The notes beneath the pieces are model-generated. The model saw only the letters and a list, made by a program, of their open reading frames with translations. It did not search any database and had not been told where the DNA came from. A stretch of 63,510 bases of DNA, the filler included, from Asterionella formosa (lineage: Eukaryota): NCBI GenBank assembly GCA_002256025.1. It is 29 parts of 29 records of this genome, joined end to end, with 100 filler letters (N's around TTAATTAATTAA, not from the genome) between each part and the next. Parts side by side here need not be neighbours in the genome. Positions count along the whole stretch, not along the records: positions 11,001 to 13,097 come from NKIB01000436.1; positions 13,198 to 15,294 come from NKIB01000437.1; positions 15,395 to 17,489 come from NKIB01000438.1; positions 17,590 to 19,685 come from NKIB01000440.1; positions 19,786 to 21,881 come from NKIB01000441.1; positions 21,982 to 24,076 come from NKIB01000442.1; 23 more parts are not named here. One strand, given 5' to 3'. Shown in pieces: positions 12,676 through 24,176 of the stretch; position 1 is the stretch's first letter; each line of letters begins with the position of its first letter. The translations under genes were made by a program, and so were the position numbers.

Positions 12676-12984
12676 TACCTGGTACCAGGTACCAGGTACC
12701 ACAACTTGCAGCTAACAGGGTTCAGTACCTTTCACTGGTACCTGGTACCGGCGACCACGCACGTACGATCCTACCAGGGCGTACCGGAAGGGCAGTCTAG
12801 TGGTTTTCTGTGGTGCGCGAACAAAACCATAGCTCGTCCTTCGGCAGTCATACCAACATCTGCCTAATCACGTGCTGTCTGTGGGTCAATCTACTTCCAT
12901 CATTCACCAGCACATCTCCTCGTAGTTTTGCTGCTTAAGAATTCGAAACAACACACATCTTTGCAAAAAGTCAGCAGATTCACC

Positions 12985-13040
12985 ATGGATTTTCTCAAGG
13001 ATCTTTCGATTGATAGCATTCGTAATGCGGCCGAGGATGC
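12985..13040 (+). CDS. Probable first exon of an unknown gene (MDFLKDLSIDSIRNAAEDA)
   Basis: CACCATGG start context and GTAAGT donor at 13041; contig ends inside the intron. Confidence 0.4.
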
Positions 13041-13197
13041 GTAAGTAGGGATGATCTTAGCCCGGTTGACTAGTAACGAGCATACATCGGAAGCGCANNN
13101 NNNNNNNNNNNNNNNNNNNNNNNNNNNNNNNNNNNNNNNNNTTAATTAATTAANNNNNNNNNNNNNNNNNNNNNNNNNNNNNNNNNNNNNNNNNNNN

Positions 13198-13430
13198 GTG
13201 CCGCAAATGTGTTTGGAGACAACGCAAGTGTGGTAAAGAATGTGACTAGGCCTGAGTCAACGTTAAATAAAAGGCATAATGCGATTGCTTATCACAAGTG
13301 TCGTGAGGCTTGTGCATGCGGATCAGCGCGTGTTGCACATGAACCTGGTAAGGCTAACTGCTCTGATGGTCTAACGAAAATACTCACTGGGGTGCCGTTT
13401 TATCATTTTGCCAGGAATGTTTTACATTAA
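13198..13430 (+). mobile_element. CoDi-like Copia RNase H C-terminus
   Basis: FGDNASVV..PESTLNKRHNAIAYHKCREA..N.SDGLTK. Confidence 0.9.
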
Positions 13431-14221
13431 ATTGTTTCTGTTATATCTATTAGAACATTGCTTGAGAGCGATATTAAGTGATGTTTGATACAGAACAAGG
13501 TTCAATGACTACTGTTCTTTTCCAAAACGGAATAGGAAGACAGTGGGTTGCGAATCGGAATACATGGTACAGCCCAAAATGGACTGAGTGATGAAGATCA
13601 CTGGCAGAACCGGTCGTTATTGTTGCAATGGAGGAGCGTTTTCACGGTGGCATCTGGCATGGTTACCACCGTGGGGGGACTGGTAAATTCTGGGTATACG
13701 TCAGGGTGTCTCGGGCGTATGCTCAACGGGGAAACCGTTAGGTGTATTCCTGCGAGGTCTGTCTTGTGACATGCAGGCGCCTGGTACTAGCAGCCTGTAT
13801 GACCAGCATGAATCGGTACCAGGTACCATGCAAGATGTATGTACCGGTACTACGTCGTATGCCTATGTACGATGCATACAGGCACCGATATTTACCACAA
13901 CCACTGTTTGCACTTCTGTACATTCATGCCGGTAGAGAAAAGCATTTAAACTACCGGTAGGAGATTTCGGAATAAGGAGTCTTGAAACTCAAAAATTGCT
14001 CTTGGGAAAAAAAGAACAAATCGAAAACGCCCCAATCCAAAACCCCATAATCGTAGAAAGGCTCGGAAACTGGTTTTTTCAGAAAATTACTCTTTAAAAT
14101 TAGATTTTGGTAATAATGAAATTTATTGGCCAGCGCGAAACCGTTAGAATTTTCAAAATGTTTAAGTAATATTACCGGGGAGTCGAAAATGAGTGCTTGC
14201 CGGCGCCGCGTTCCATTTTCG

Positions 14222-14247
14222 GCAAAATGATGACCGCAACTTGCTGG
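14222..14247. repeat. Right TIR of the CCWG-ended Tc1/mariner family; another copy at 19031-19053
   Basis: GCAAAATGATGACCGCAACTTGCTGG|TA and GCAAAATCACCGCAACTTGCTGG. Confidence 0.65.
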
Positions 14248-15394
14248 TACCAGGTAGCCGACCTGAGCTATTGCTCCAGCAATGCTCTATCACAACTCCG
14301 GACATTCGGTTGACTTAGAGAAGTACATATGTTCGTACACCTGTAGTACAATTGGTTCGAATTAGTCGTTTCGCAATCGTGTGTCACGTCGCTCACATAA
14401 AAAATATTTGCCAGTATATCATCATCAGACATCTACCGGACACTTACGCTGATTTTCGTAGAAATGTTCGGACAGTAGGCCGGTTTTTCAGCCGAAGTCT
14501 GAACTTCCGTTCATTCCCATTTTATAATTTAACACGGTATATCTAGTACTACTATGTTGAACTTGGAGTGAAGTTTGATCATTTGAGGGAAATATCGGAC
14601 GAACGGCCGTTTTTTTCTGGTAGCTGTTTTCTCGTGGAATTTTACATATGTAGTAGTTGTCTTGATGGAATCTGTGTTTATGCACTTCGATGCAAATTAC
14701 GTAAGTATCATGTGTGAATGGGCAATTGTCAACTATCGTACTGGTATCTTAGGAACCAGCGTCACCAAGCAAAAAGGCAAGGACTTGACTGTGGTACATA
14801 CGTGGTCTCTCACGATAGGACCCCTGTTGTACCTGGTACCTGGTACCGTACCATACCATACCATACCATACCATGTACCTACCGGTACTAGGATACAGAA
14901 CTTCGATCCAAATTATGGCTTGGTGCCCCCCCCAAAGTACATCAGGTACACACCGGCCCATTGTACCAGTAGCTGGTTCTACATTTGTAAAATTTAGCAC
15001 AACCCAATATTTGTTTTGAATACATAAAAGTAGAGTCATCCTAGTTGATGTCATTCATTTCCTCTTCATTAAATATATGAATGAACATACCACTTGTAAA
15101 TAATAAACCATCATGAATCTCTTGACAAATACATGCCACATGCACTGAGGAGCCACAGCCTCACACTTGATTGCTACACTCACCATGATGATACCTCTGT
15201 TTGTCATTGTTTGATCTTCACCATCAACTCCTTGCTATAACTATGATCGACCAGCAATGCCATCCTCATTGAGTCTCAGATGTTCTTGGTGACANNNNNN
15301 NNNNNNNNNNNNNNNNNNNNNNNNNNNNNNNNNNNNNNTTAATTAATTAANNNNNNNNNNNNNNNNNNNNNNNNNNNNNNNNNNNNNNNNNNNN

Positions 15395-16372
15395 GATCTG
15401 GCGAGAAACTGCAGAAAGGAACTTCGGTTTTTTAACTATGCTGAAAATAGTGGATTTTACCGGGCTAACTCGTTTATTTGGCCTAGTAAAAAAACCGAAG
15501 TTCCTTTCTGCAGTTTCTCGCCGAAAGTTAACTTCTGGGGCTATATGAAGATTACCTATGTACTTAACTCTTCTTCAAACCCTGCCAACGTTGAGCTATC
15601 GTCGTCCAAAAATTCGACAATATCGGCCTTTTCAACGGTCACCCAAACGTCGGAATCAGAATCACTAATCGCCGAAACGTCATCATCGGAATGGTAGTCT
15701 TGTGCTAAAATTTGTAGTCGTAAAATCTCGTGTACAAAAAGTTCCAATGTAATTGCCCGCTGTAATAATCATATACTGATTGGTTATCCTTACATCCGTT
15801 CGATTGGCACGGTTTGCGAGGTCGTGCAATCCCACGCCGGCCACACTGGATACACATGAAGCATTTTCTTGGGTGTTGGCCGATCCTACCCGTATACCGG
15901 TATCCGTACGGAGTGGGAATATCGAGTACCGGGTAGGTTTACCCGTATACCGGAATCCGTACGGAGTAGGAATACCGAGTACCGGGTAGACCTACCGGTT
16001 CCAGGTAACTGATCATCATTCGTCATAGTAAATGGTAGTGCACGCTAACCAGTACCTTAGTACCGATAGTTTGCACATTCAAATATATATTGCAGCCGCC
16101 GGGTCGTGCATGTGAAACATAATTATGATACGAGTAGGTATACTTTCGGTAGAGTAGCAATATAAAACTTTCAGCGATGAAGAATCTATCTTTACATATT
16201 TTATGCATTTGAAATGGAATCTATATACGTGCGCAAATTTCCACTCATTTGAATTTTTCAAACGGAATCATTGATATTCAAATTAGCACATAAAAGTTCT
16301 TAGTTCCAGGGAATTTCGGCAACCCTAAGCAATTTTTTAATTTTTGCCTAGGGGTTCAAATGCAGGAACCTT
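15395..16372 (+). repeat. Interspersed repeat family B with long internal inverted repeat (15400-15522) and hairpin terminus
   Basis: Homologous to 28587-29520 and 62987-63510 (minus); terminus alone at 45355-45411. Confidence 0.85.
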
Positions 16373-16951
16373 AACAATGTACACTGTGCAACAATACAAG
16401 TACGGAAATATTTACTCGCTATAAAAATCTGACCAACTCGTTCGTCACAATAAATAGCGTATCTTGTATACTAAGTTCAAACCGTGCGTTTACTCCATTT
16501 GCGGTGGCTTACAGTTTTTAAGTGATAGCTAAATAGGATGTGACCAGCAGAAAGAATGCGAACAATTCCCCCTAATACACGCCCGAGGTGGTCTCTTCTT
16601 GCCTGCGAGTACACATGTATACGAGAAGGCAAGTAGCCGCCGAGAAGGGTTCTGTTGAGGCAATTCCTGCTCTATCTATCGTCGTGTCATTCGCTTACCT
16701 ACTGCCCACCAATAAAGTGTGTTACGCCCATATATATACCGGTAGGTATCCCAATGATGGGCATGATTAAAATAAAATTATTCGTGTACATACGTTAACA
16801 TACAAAAATATCTGTGCAACATATTGGTACTACGAACGTACCCGAAAAATAATCAACTCTCAGCGCAACCTTTTATGGCCATACATATAGTCGTAGCTGT
16901 GTGCTGCACTGGTAGTTAACTAGCACCTTCGACAAAGCTCGCGATGTACGT

Positions 16952-17330
16952 TGTCAAGAATATAGCATCAGTGGCTATAATGAGTCACAAGGACTGTGGA
17001 CTCGACTAAAGTCCAATGAGTCAAATGGTGCGTTCCCATGTCAAGAAGCTTGCTAACGAGATTGATGTCTTTGATCAATCAGAAGAAGGTTTACATCAAC
17101 GAAAAGGGAACACGAAGAACAGGTTCTCGAAGTGTGATGAATGGGATTGAAACTTAGTTTTAGTTTAATCTTATAATTAAGAAACAGTGAGAATTGACAG
17201 AGTAAGGTCAATAGCGAAAACTAGCACGAAGGCTAGCAGCAGAAAGAAGATAACAATACTAGTGGTATAGCAGGTAAGTTCTACGTAAGAGGAACCCGTC
17301 AGACGGGAAGGAGTACGAGACCTTTCAACA
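16952..17330 (+). repeat. 5' LTR of a Copia element
   Basis: TGTCAAGAA...TTTCAACA; boundaries supported by copies at 3121-3527 and 19093-19485; gag follows. Confidence 0.9.
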
Positions 17331-17374
17331 CGCTTTAAAGCGTCCACTTTAAGGCCACAGGCTACTCAGGAACG

Positions 17375-17489
17375 ATGGGAAGTGATGAAGACACGTCAGT
17401 GAGGTTGCCGACATTCGATGGGCAAGATGCTAAATGGCACATGTGGAAAGCGAAGTTTCTCGCATACGCGTGCTACAAGAACTTTCAAG
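17375..17489 (+). mobile_element. Copia gag N-terminus (partial)
   Basis: MGSDEDTSVRLPTFDGQDAKWHMWKAKFLAYA matches the Copia gag F.G..W..W pattern. Confidence 0.85.
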
Positions 17490-17589
17490 NNNNNNNNNNN
17501 NNNNNNNNNNNNNNNNNNNNNNNNNNNNNNNNNTTAATTAATTAANNNNNNNNNNNNNNNNNNNNNNNNNNNNNNNNNNNNNNNNNNNN

Positions 17590-18090
17590 CTTGCGATGCA
17601 ACGAATCTTCGACGATTTCGTTCATTCTTTGGTCTCAGTCCACTGAGTTGCATGAAGATTTTTTCTGCATTGGAGTCAATGGATCATATTGGTGCAGATC
17701 GAGTTAACAAGCCCGACCCTCTTTTCTTCTTGATCACAATGGAATGGTTGAGTACTAATAAGACTGAAGAGGAATTGGCCGGATCCTAAAACATGGTGGA
17801 GAAGACCATACGTAAGCGTATTTGGGAGTATGCACTTGCACTACAAGCGCTTAAGGCGGAAAAGGTAAGTGAACAACATGGACATTGACAACTATCAAAA
17901 GTTACTTCAACACATACTTACAATGGTTTTTGTTGGTTTTGAATCTTCTAGATTATTTGGGACTTCCATGCAGCTGATAATGATAGCGAGGAAATCTTTA
18001 TTATCTCTGTTGATGGAACACACTGTCTCATCAATGAGCCTAGGAACCACCCTAGCGCGTCATGGTACTCCAAGAAGTACAACAAGTCTG
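17590..18090 (+). mobile_element. Truncated PIF/Harbinger-type (DDE_Tnp_4-like) transposase with intron 17865-17951
   Basis: RRFRSFFG...FLITMEWL...EEELAG...TIRKRIWEY..ALQALKAEK|IIWD...FIISVDGTHCLINEP...WYSKKYNK; one in-frame stop; GTAAGT...TTCTAG intron. Confidence 0.75.
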
Positions 18091-19092
18091 TATGGGACCG
18101 CAACCGTAGATCTTCAATAAAGCTAGGACGGCCTATGAATCCGGTTGATTGGCAATAAGGCAAGAGTCTTGGTAATTGTCAGTCAGTCATACTAGTTTGG
18201 GCATGGTGGCATTTCCATTTATTGGATCATCAACCAGTGTTTGGATCAAGGGGAAGAATGTAAAAGGACTGATTTCCCTTGTTTGGATTCCCCCAGTCAA
18301 TACCAAAAACACTGAAGTACGACGAGCAATGCTCCATAGAAGGAGCCTAAGAAACCGACCACTGCACTAGATTTTTCTCGCCAATGTTCAAGTGTCGTCC
18401 TCTTTGCTCTCAATGGAAGCCTTGCAGATCAACGAAGCTGTCTTGGTTGCAGGTATTCCTTGCTCTGAGATTGGTGAAGGTCCCAAGGATGAATTACAAG
18501 ACATTGTGGCACGAGTCTTGTCCTTGCTTCTTGCTGCTTCAACAGACGCTGGAATTTGATAGAGACAACTGTTGGGAAAGGAATTGAAGCCGTAAGCCGA
18601 AGTTTCGAATTGCAATAGTGGTACCATAGCTGGTAAATTACTTTCCTTCTCTATTAGTGATGCAGGCAGCTATACCGGTATGTGCATAGGATATAAGGTT
18701 CACCGGTATACCGTTAGGTATGTTTGTCTACTGGTATATAGTTTTAACAGCCAGAATATGAAGTAAGGACTTCTACCAGTAGTTTAAGCAAAATATTGCT
18801 TAAAGTAGTAGAGCCCATTTGCTTTACCGAAAATAGTCCTTCAGTAGTACTCTAACCCGAAATGATGATTCGTCAAATCTGTTTTTTCTGAATTGTCTGA
18901 AAATATCGAATTTTGCATAGTCTTTATTTATTTCGGCCGGCGGTGCCAGCCATTATAAGTTTCGAACTTTGATTTCTCAATGGTTGCCGAGTTGGGACGC
19001 ATCTGTCAGGTTGGGGAATGACACGAAAAAGCAAAATCACCGCAACTTGCTGGTCTCGAGAATACACCCTGGCACCTGGTACTGGTACTAGG

Positions 19093-19485
19093 TAGCATCA
19101 ATGGCTATAATGATTAGTTGCAAGGTCTGTGGACTTGACTATAGTCCAATGAGTCAAATGGTGCGTTCCCGTCTCAAGAAGCTTCTTGCTAACGAGATTT
19201 GATGCTTTAGATCAATCAGCAGAAGAAGGTTTATATCAGAGAAAAGGGAACACAAACAACAGTTTCTCAAAGTGCGATAAATGGGATTGAAACTAGTTTT
19301 AGTTGAAGCTTATAATTAAGAAACAGTGAGAATTGACAGAGAAAGGTCAATAGCGAAAACTAGCACGAAGGCTAGCAGCAAACTATAACAGTATTAGTAC
19401 AGGTACCGGTAGTACAACAAGTAAGACCTACGTAAAAGGATACATACCCGTCAGACGGGAAGGAGGAGTACGTGACCTTTTAACA
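19093..19485 (+). repeat. Degenerate LTR copy (probably solo) of the 16952 family
   Basis: Collinear with ~16963-17330; no gag downstream; 5' end replaced by GGTAC-type motifs. Confidence 0.85.
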
Positions 19486-19785
19486 ACCTGGTACCAGGTA
19501 CCAGGTACACGACAATACACTTACATACATACACCATATTTCGTCTCTGCATCTACATATGATCTATCAAAATGATTTTCGGCCCTCATTATAACAAGCA
19601 AGCAATGCGCTTAGCAATGACATCATAAATTCATTCTCTTTCGATTGTTAAGGATCAGGAGTTGAATGGCTGTTTCTTTCAGGAGNNNNNNNNNNNNNNN
19701 NNNNNNNNNNNNNNNNNNNNNNNNNNNNNTTAATTAATTAANNNNNNNNNNNNNNNNNNNNNNNNNNNNNNNNNNNNNNNNNNNN

Positions 19786-21881
19786 GATATTGAATATTGT
19801 CTGTCAAGATGGGATGATTAAGGAAACATGTAAGCAGAGGTTCATCATCTAATTCAATTGAAAAAGTAGAAGTGGAAGTTGATGTTGGAGATTTCGGTCC
19901 AATATCAATATCATCCTCCACCAAAGACTCAAGCCTCGGGAGGCGAGAGATGGAATCTGCAATAGCATTGTCAGTCCCTTTCACATAATGAAAAGTAGGA
20001 TGGTATTCTTCAATGTAAAGTCGCCATCGTAGAACACGTTGTGTATGTAATGTATTATAAATAAGATTTCGATGATCAGTGTGAACATGTAGAACTGCGC
20101 CCAATAACATAGAGCGAAATTCTTTGAAAGTTTCTACCACAGAAAGTAATTCTTTTTCAATAGTAGTATAATTCTTTTGAGCAGCAGATAATTTGCGAGA
20201 ATAATAAGCAACTGGGAGATCATTTTGCATAATGACCGACCCTAATTGATAATCAGAGGCATCAGTAAAGATATGAAAAGGGAGATTATGGTCAGGATAA
20301 CGCATGAGTGTATCTGCAACTAACAATGCTTTCATTTCTTCAAAAGCTTGTTGATGGATAGGTAACCAGACAAAGGGACTAGTTCCAATTAAATCCGTAA
20401 GTGGTCCAAGAACATGCGATCGTCTAGGAAACATGTCTCGATAGTAAGTAACAGCACCGAGAAATGATCGAACTTGTTTAAGATTGGTAGGTGAAGACAT
20501 ATTAATCAATGCTCGGACTTTTTTAGACCAAGGTTTCAGTCCATTAGGAGTTAACCAATAGCCTAACCAATCTGTCTCTTGGACGGCCCATTCACACTTA
20601 GATGGATTAATTGTAAAACCATTTATCTGTAAACGATGTAAAATAGTGTCCAATAAATGAAGGTGATCTGAAAAATTCATTGAAAAACAACCCACATCAT
20701 CAATATAAATTTCCACATCATCTAAATCACTAAGGATCTGTTCCATAGTTTCTTGTGCAATGTCAGATGATTGTTTCACCCCCATAGGCAGGCGTAAATA
20801 TTTATATAAACCAAATGGAGTTGAAATAACACACAAGTTTTGACTCTCCACATCCAATGCAAAAGTATAGTATTGCATGGAAACATCCAATTTGGTGAAA
20901 AATACATATCCAGCACGTTTAGTGAGAATAGTTTGTATTCGAGGCAAAGGATATATATTGCGATTGATGACTTTATTAAGTTCACGAAAATCTGATACCC
21001 ATCGGACACTTCCATCCTTTTTTGGAATAATAAAAGTGGGAGATGCCCATTTAGAAGCACCACATTTTTGTAGGACTCCAATATCACATAATCGTTGTAA
21101 TTCAGTTTTGAAAACTTCTAAATGAATATGAGCGACCGGATATGCTCGTTGATGACGAGGGACAGCATTTGATAATAATTCCAAATGTACCTGTTTGTGA
21201 GGATAGACTTTTAATTTGCCATCAAATAATGTTTGATATTTAACCAATATAGATCGTAAACATGATCGTTGTATTGTTGTCAAATGTATTTGTTTATCCA
21301 CCACTGTATCAATATTTATATAATTATATTCAGCAGCTTTAATTTCCAGCGCATATGAAGATTCCACAATCATAGGTGCATCGAAATATAATAATACATC
21401 TTGTAAACGTTCTCTATCATCAAAGAATGTGAGCGGATGCATAGGAACGATCATATCCATACAGGACATGGTGTTATTTACGAAATCAATGGTTAAACCA
21501 ACTTGACGGAGCATAACCCGTTCATGTATTAAGGATAATGATCCTCCACTATCGAATAATACTCGTAGTATTTTATGTATCGGTATATTATCCACCAATT
21601 TTGGCGCTAAAAGGGACATCGGAATCAAATCAATTGATGTTAATATATCCTTAGAAGTAAAACAAGAAACCGGAATTGGTCCCTGATATGTATGTGGAAC
21701 ATCATGTCCATCAATACAGTTATATATATCCCGCGTTACATTAACAGCGGTATTCATAGTGTATTCAACCTGTAAATAAACAATATTATTCAGGTGATGA
21801 CTAACGTGAGATATACTCAACGAGTCATTATAAATAGCATCGCTATTATCGCACATACCTCTGTAATGGCGATCAGCAATC
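19786..21881 (-). mobile_element. Ty3/Gypsy pol (protease with deletion, RT, RNase H)
   Basis: LFDSGGS, WASPTFIIPKKDGSVRWVSDFRELNK, RLPMG, YIDD, FTDASDYQLG, YTTIEKELLS, HTDHRNL, ADSISRL. Confidence 0.95.
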
Positions 21882-22043
21882 NNNNNNNNNNNNNNNNNNN
21901 NNNNNNNNNNNNNNNNNNNNNNNNNTTAATTAATTAANNNNNNNNNNNNNNNNNNNNNNNNNNNNNNNNNNNNNNNNNNNNCGATGGTATCAAACCATCT
22001 GAATACGGTATGATGGTACCTGGTACATGGTCCCTACCAGGTA

Positions 22044-22684
22044 CCCCTCTGTCTAGTAACAGTTGCATCGATTCGCCGGCACCACCAGTGTCTTTACTGT
22101 TCGCATATCAAGGATTATGTAGCCAACATACCAAATTTCTATCGGCCGGCCAGTCAAATATTTGTGGGAAACCAAATACAATAAGCCACTATGTATCATA
22201 ACTATAACATGAATAGAATAATTGTCATTTGGTATGATACTTTCTACGGTTATTGCACCTACATGGACCATGCCACCGGATGATTAATGGTTACAATCCT
22301 CAGAACGAGCATACCATTGTTTTCTTCCTTCCCATCATCGCCACTTTTGGGGTTGCACATTCCATAATTGAACGCAAGTTGCAGTTGTTCTACTGTTATA
22401 TCATACTTTGTACGAATGTTGAGAATAGATGGTTCGAAGAAAAATGGGTCCTCATGCATCTGCATTTTGCTCGAGATAGCTAAAAGTGAAAATCAAAAAA
22501 TCCCAAAAACGTTTCTTTTCAAATGTAGTTGCCAATTTTAATCTTTCTATATATAATGTATAAATGATTCTGTAGCTTAGAACAAACCGCACAATAGGGC
22601 AATTGAGCCGGAGAAAATCGTAGGAGTCAAAATGGCCCCGGATAAATTTGAATTATCGATGCAACTGTTACTAGACAGAGGGAG
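22044..22684. mobile_element. 641-bp non-autonomous Tc1/mariner element with Stowaway-like TIRs
   Basis: TA|CCCCTCTGTCTAGTAACAGTTGCATCGAT...ATCGATGCAACTGTTACTAGACAGAGGGAG|TA. Confidence 0.85.
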
Positions 22685-22686
22685 TA

Positions 22687-23760
22687 CCAGTTATAAATGG
22701 CTTTGAGCCACGTTATTATATCGTTTTCCGACTAATTCTAGAAGTATGCTAAAATCGATCTCCTCTTTCGCCCTTTGGCACAATATTAGTTAGTTCATTA
22801 AGCTAGCTACATGAGAAATTGATCATCTCTTTACTTGAACATAGTATTTTAACTGAGATCTATCCATTTTAAAAGTGACAAAAACAATTTTACCATACAT
22901 GTAGTTATTTTTATAGGCGACGGTTAGAAAATATTATACTGTTTGCATGTTTTTTGGAAGTTGTTGCATCGTTTTTAGACTGATGGTGTTCTTGTTGGTC
23001 CTGTCTCCTCTTATTTTTTCGCAGTAGTTGTTGAATCATTCTTTGGAATTGTGGTCCTCCCATCATATCTTGTTGTGTAATAGGAGTGACCAAAGGGTGG
23101 TGAGGAAGTGGCACCGTTGCAGCAGTTGCAACTGGTGCTGCAGCATCACCACGCATCATGGTGTCATGGAATCTGGTAAGTAGTAGTTGTTTCGTTGTTG
23201 GTAATGGAAGATTGACTGCTCGCTTGTACCACATTGCCATTGTTTTCCTTTGTGATACTGTCCACTCAGCTGACTGTTTGTTAAGCAATCTGATTGCATA
23301 ACCTCGTTTGCAAGCGCCATGTGTGCATCTATTTTCCGATTCTCTCGCTCACTCTGCACTTCTTCCGCATACCTCTTCTTTTTTAGCTGGTCATCGACCA
23401 CTTCAGGACCCAACAAGTACTTGCCTGCAGCGACATGAAGACCAGATGAGTATCATTTATTGCTTTCAATCGCCATTAGTACTGTTTCTTTTCGTTGGCG
23501 GGCAAGTTTGTTGTCCAGATTTATTCCGTTTCTAGCGTCCTCACGATTGCGGTACTGTACGACCTGATCAACAAGGGTTGCAGTGATGCCTTGGTTCAAG
23601 TTTACTCTGGATCCCATGCTTTCGACACCAGGTCATCAATGTTTTCCTTTTCAACAGCAAATGCAGCATGGAGCCTTTCCTTTTGGGTGAGTATGTCTCT
23701 CATGCATTTCGTGATTAAACTTGAATTTATAGTCAGGGTGGAAATTGATGAGCTATGTCC
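22687..23760 (-). mobile_element. Decayed C-terminal part of a pogo-like (DDE_1-type) transposase and probable terminus
   Basis: KERL..FAVEKENIDDLVSKAW, LNQGITATLVDQVV, WTVSQRKTMAMWYKR...LPTTKQLLLTRF; stops and frameshifts; TA|CCAG at 22685. Confidence 0.5.
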
Positions 23761-24176
23761 TGCCAATGACTGTGAATCATTCATTGTCATAGTAGGATGT
23801 AATTACACTAGTGAATTAGTTGCCTTTCCCGCCTGATTTAGCTTCTACCAATGGTACTTGACTATAAGTTTTGTTTGCCAAGTCAGTGTAGCCGCTTTTT
23901 TTGGCAACAATATTCAATATTGCACCATATAGCTAGTAGTAGTTTGCCATTGTTATTTGCCTTTCAAGTTTCTAATTCCAAAACTATATAATTTTTAAAT
24001 GAGTGACGCTACAGTCTTATCCAAAGAAATGGGTATCACCTTGTACTTTTGGGGGGTTGAGGCTGTTTTCTTACTCNNNNNNNNNNNNNNNNNNNNNNNN
24101 NNNNNNNNNNNNNNNNNNNNTTAATTAATTAANNNNNNNNNNNNNNNNNNNNNNNNNNNNNNNNNNNNNNNNNNNN

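Noticed and set aside
12676..12700. CCWGG/GGTACC excess as Dcm methylation, KpnI cloning or adapter artefact
   Set aside because: Motifs are internal, variable, TA-bounded and differ between homologous copies, which fits biological insertion better
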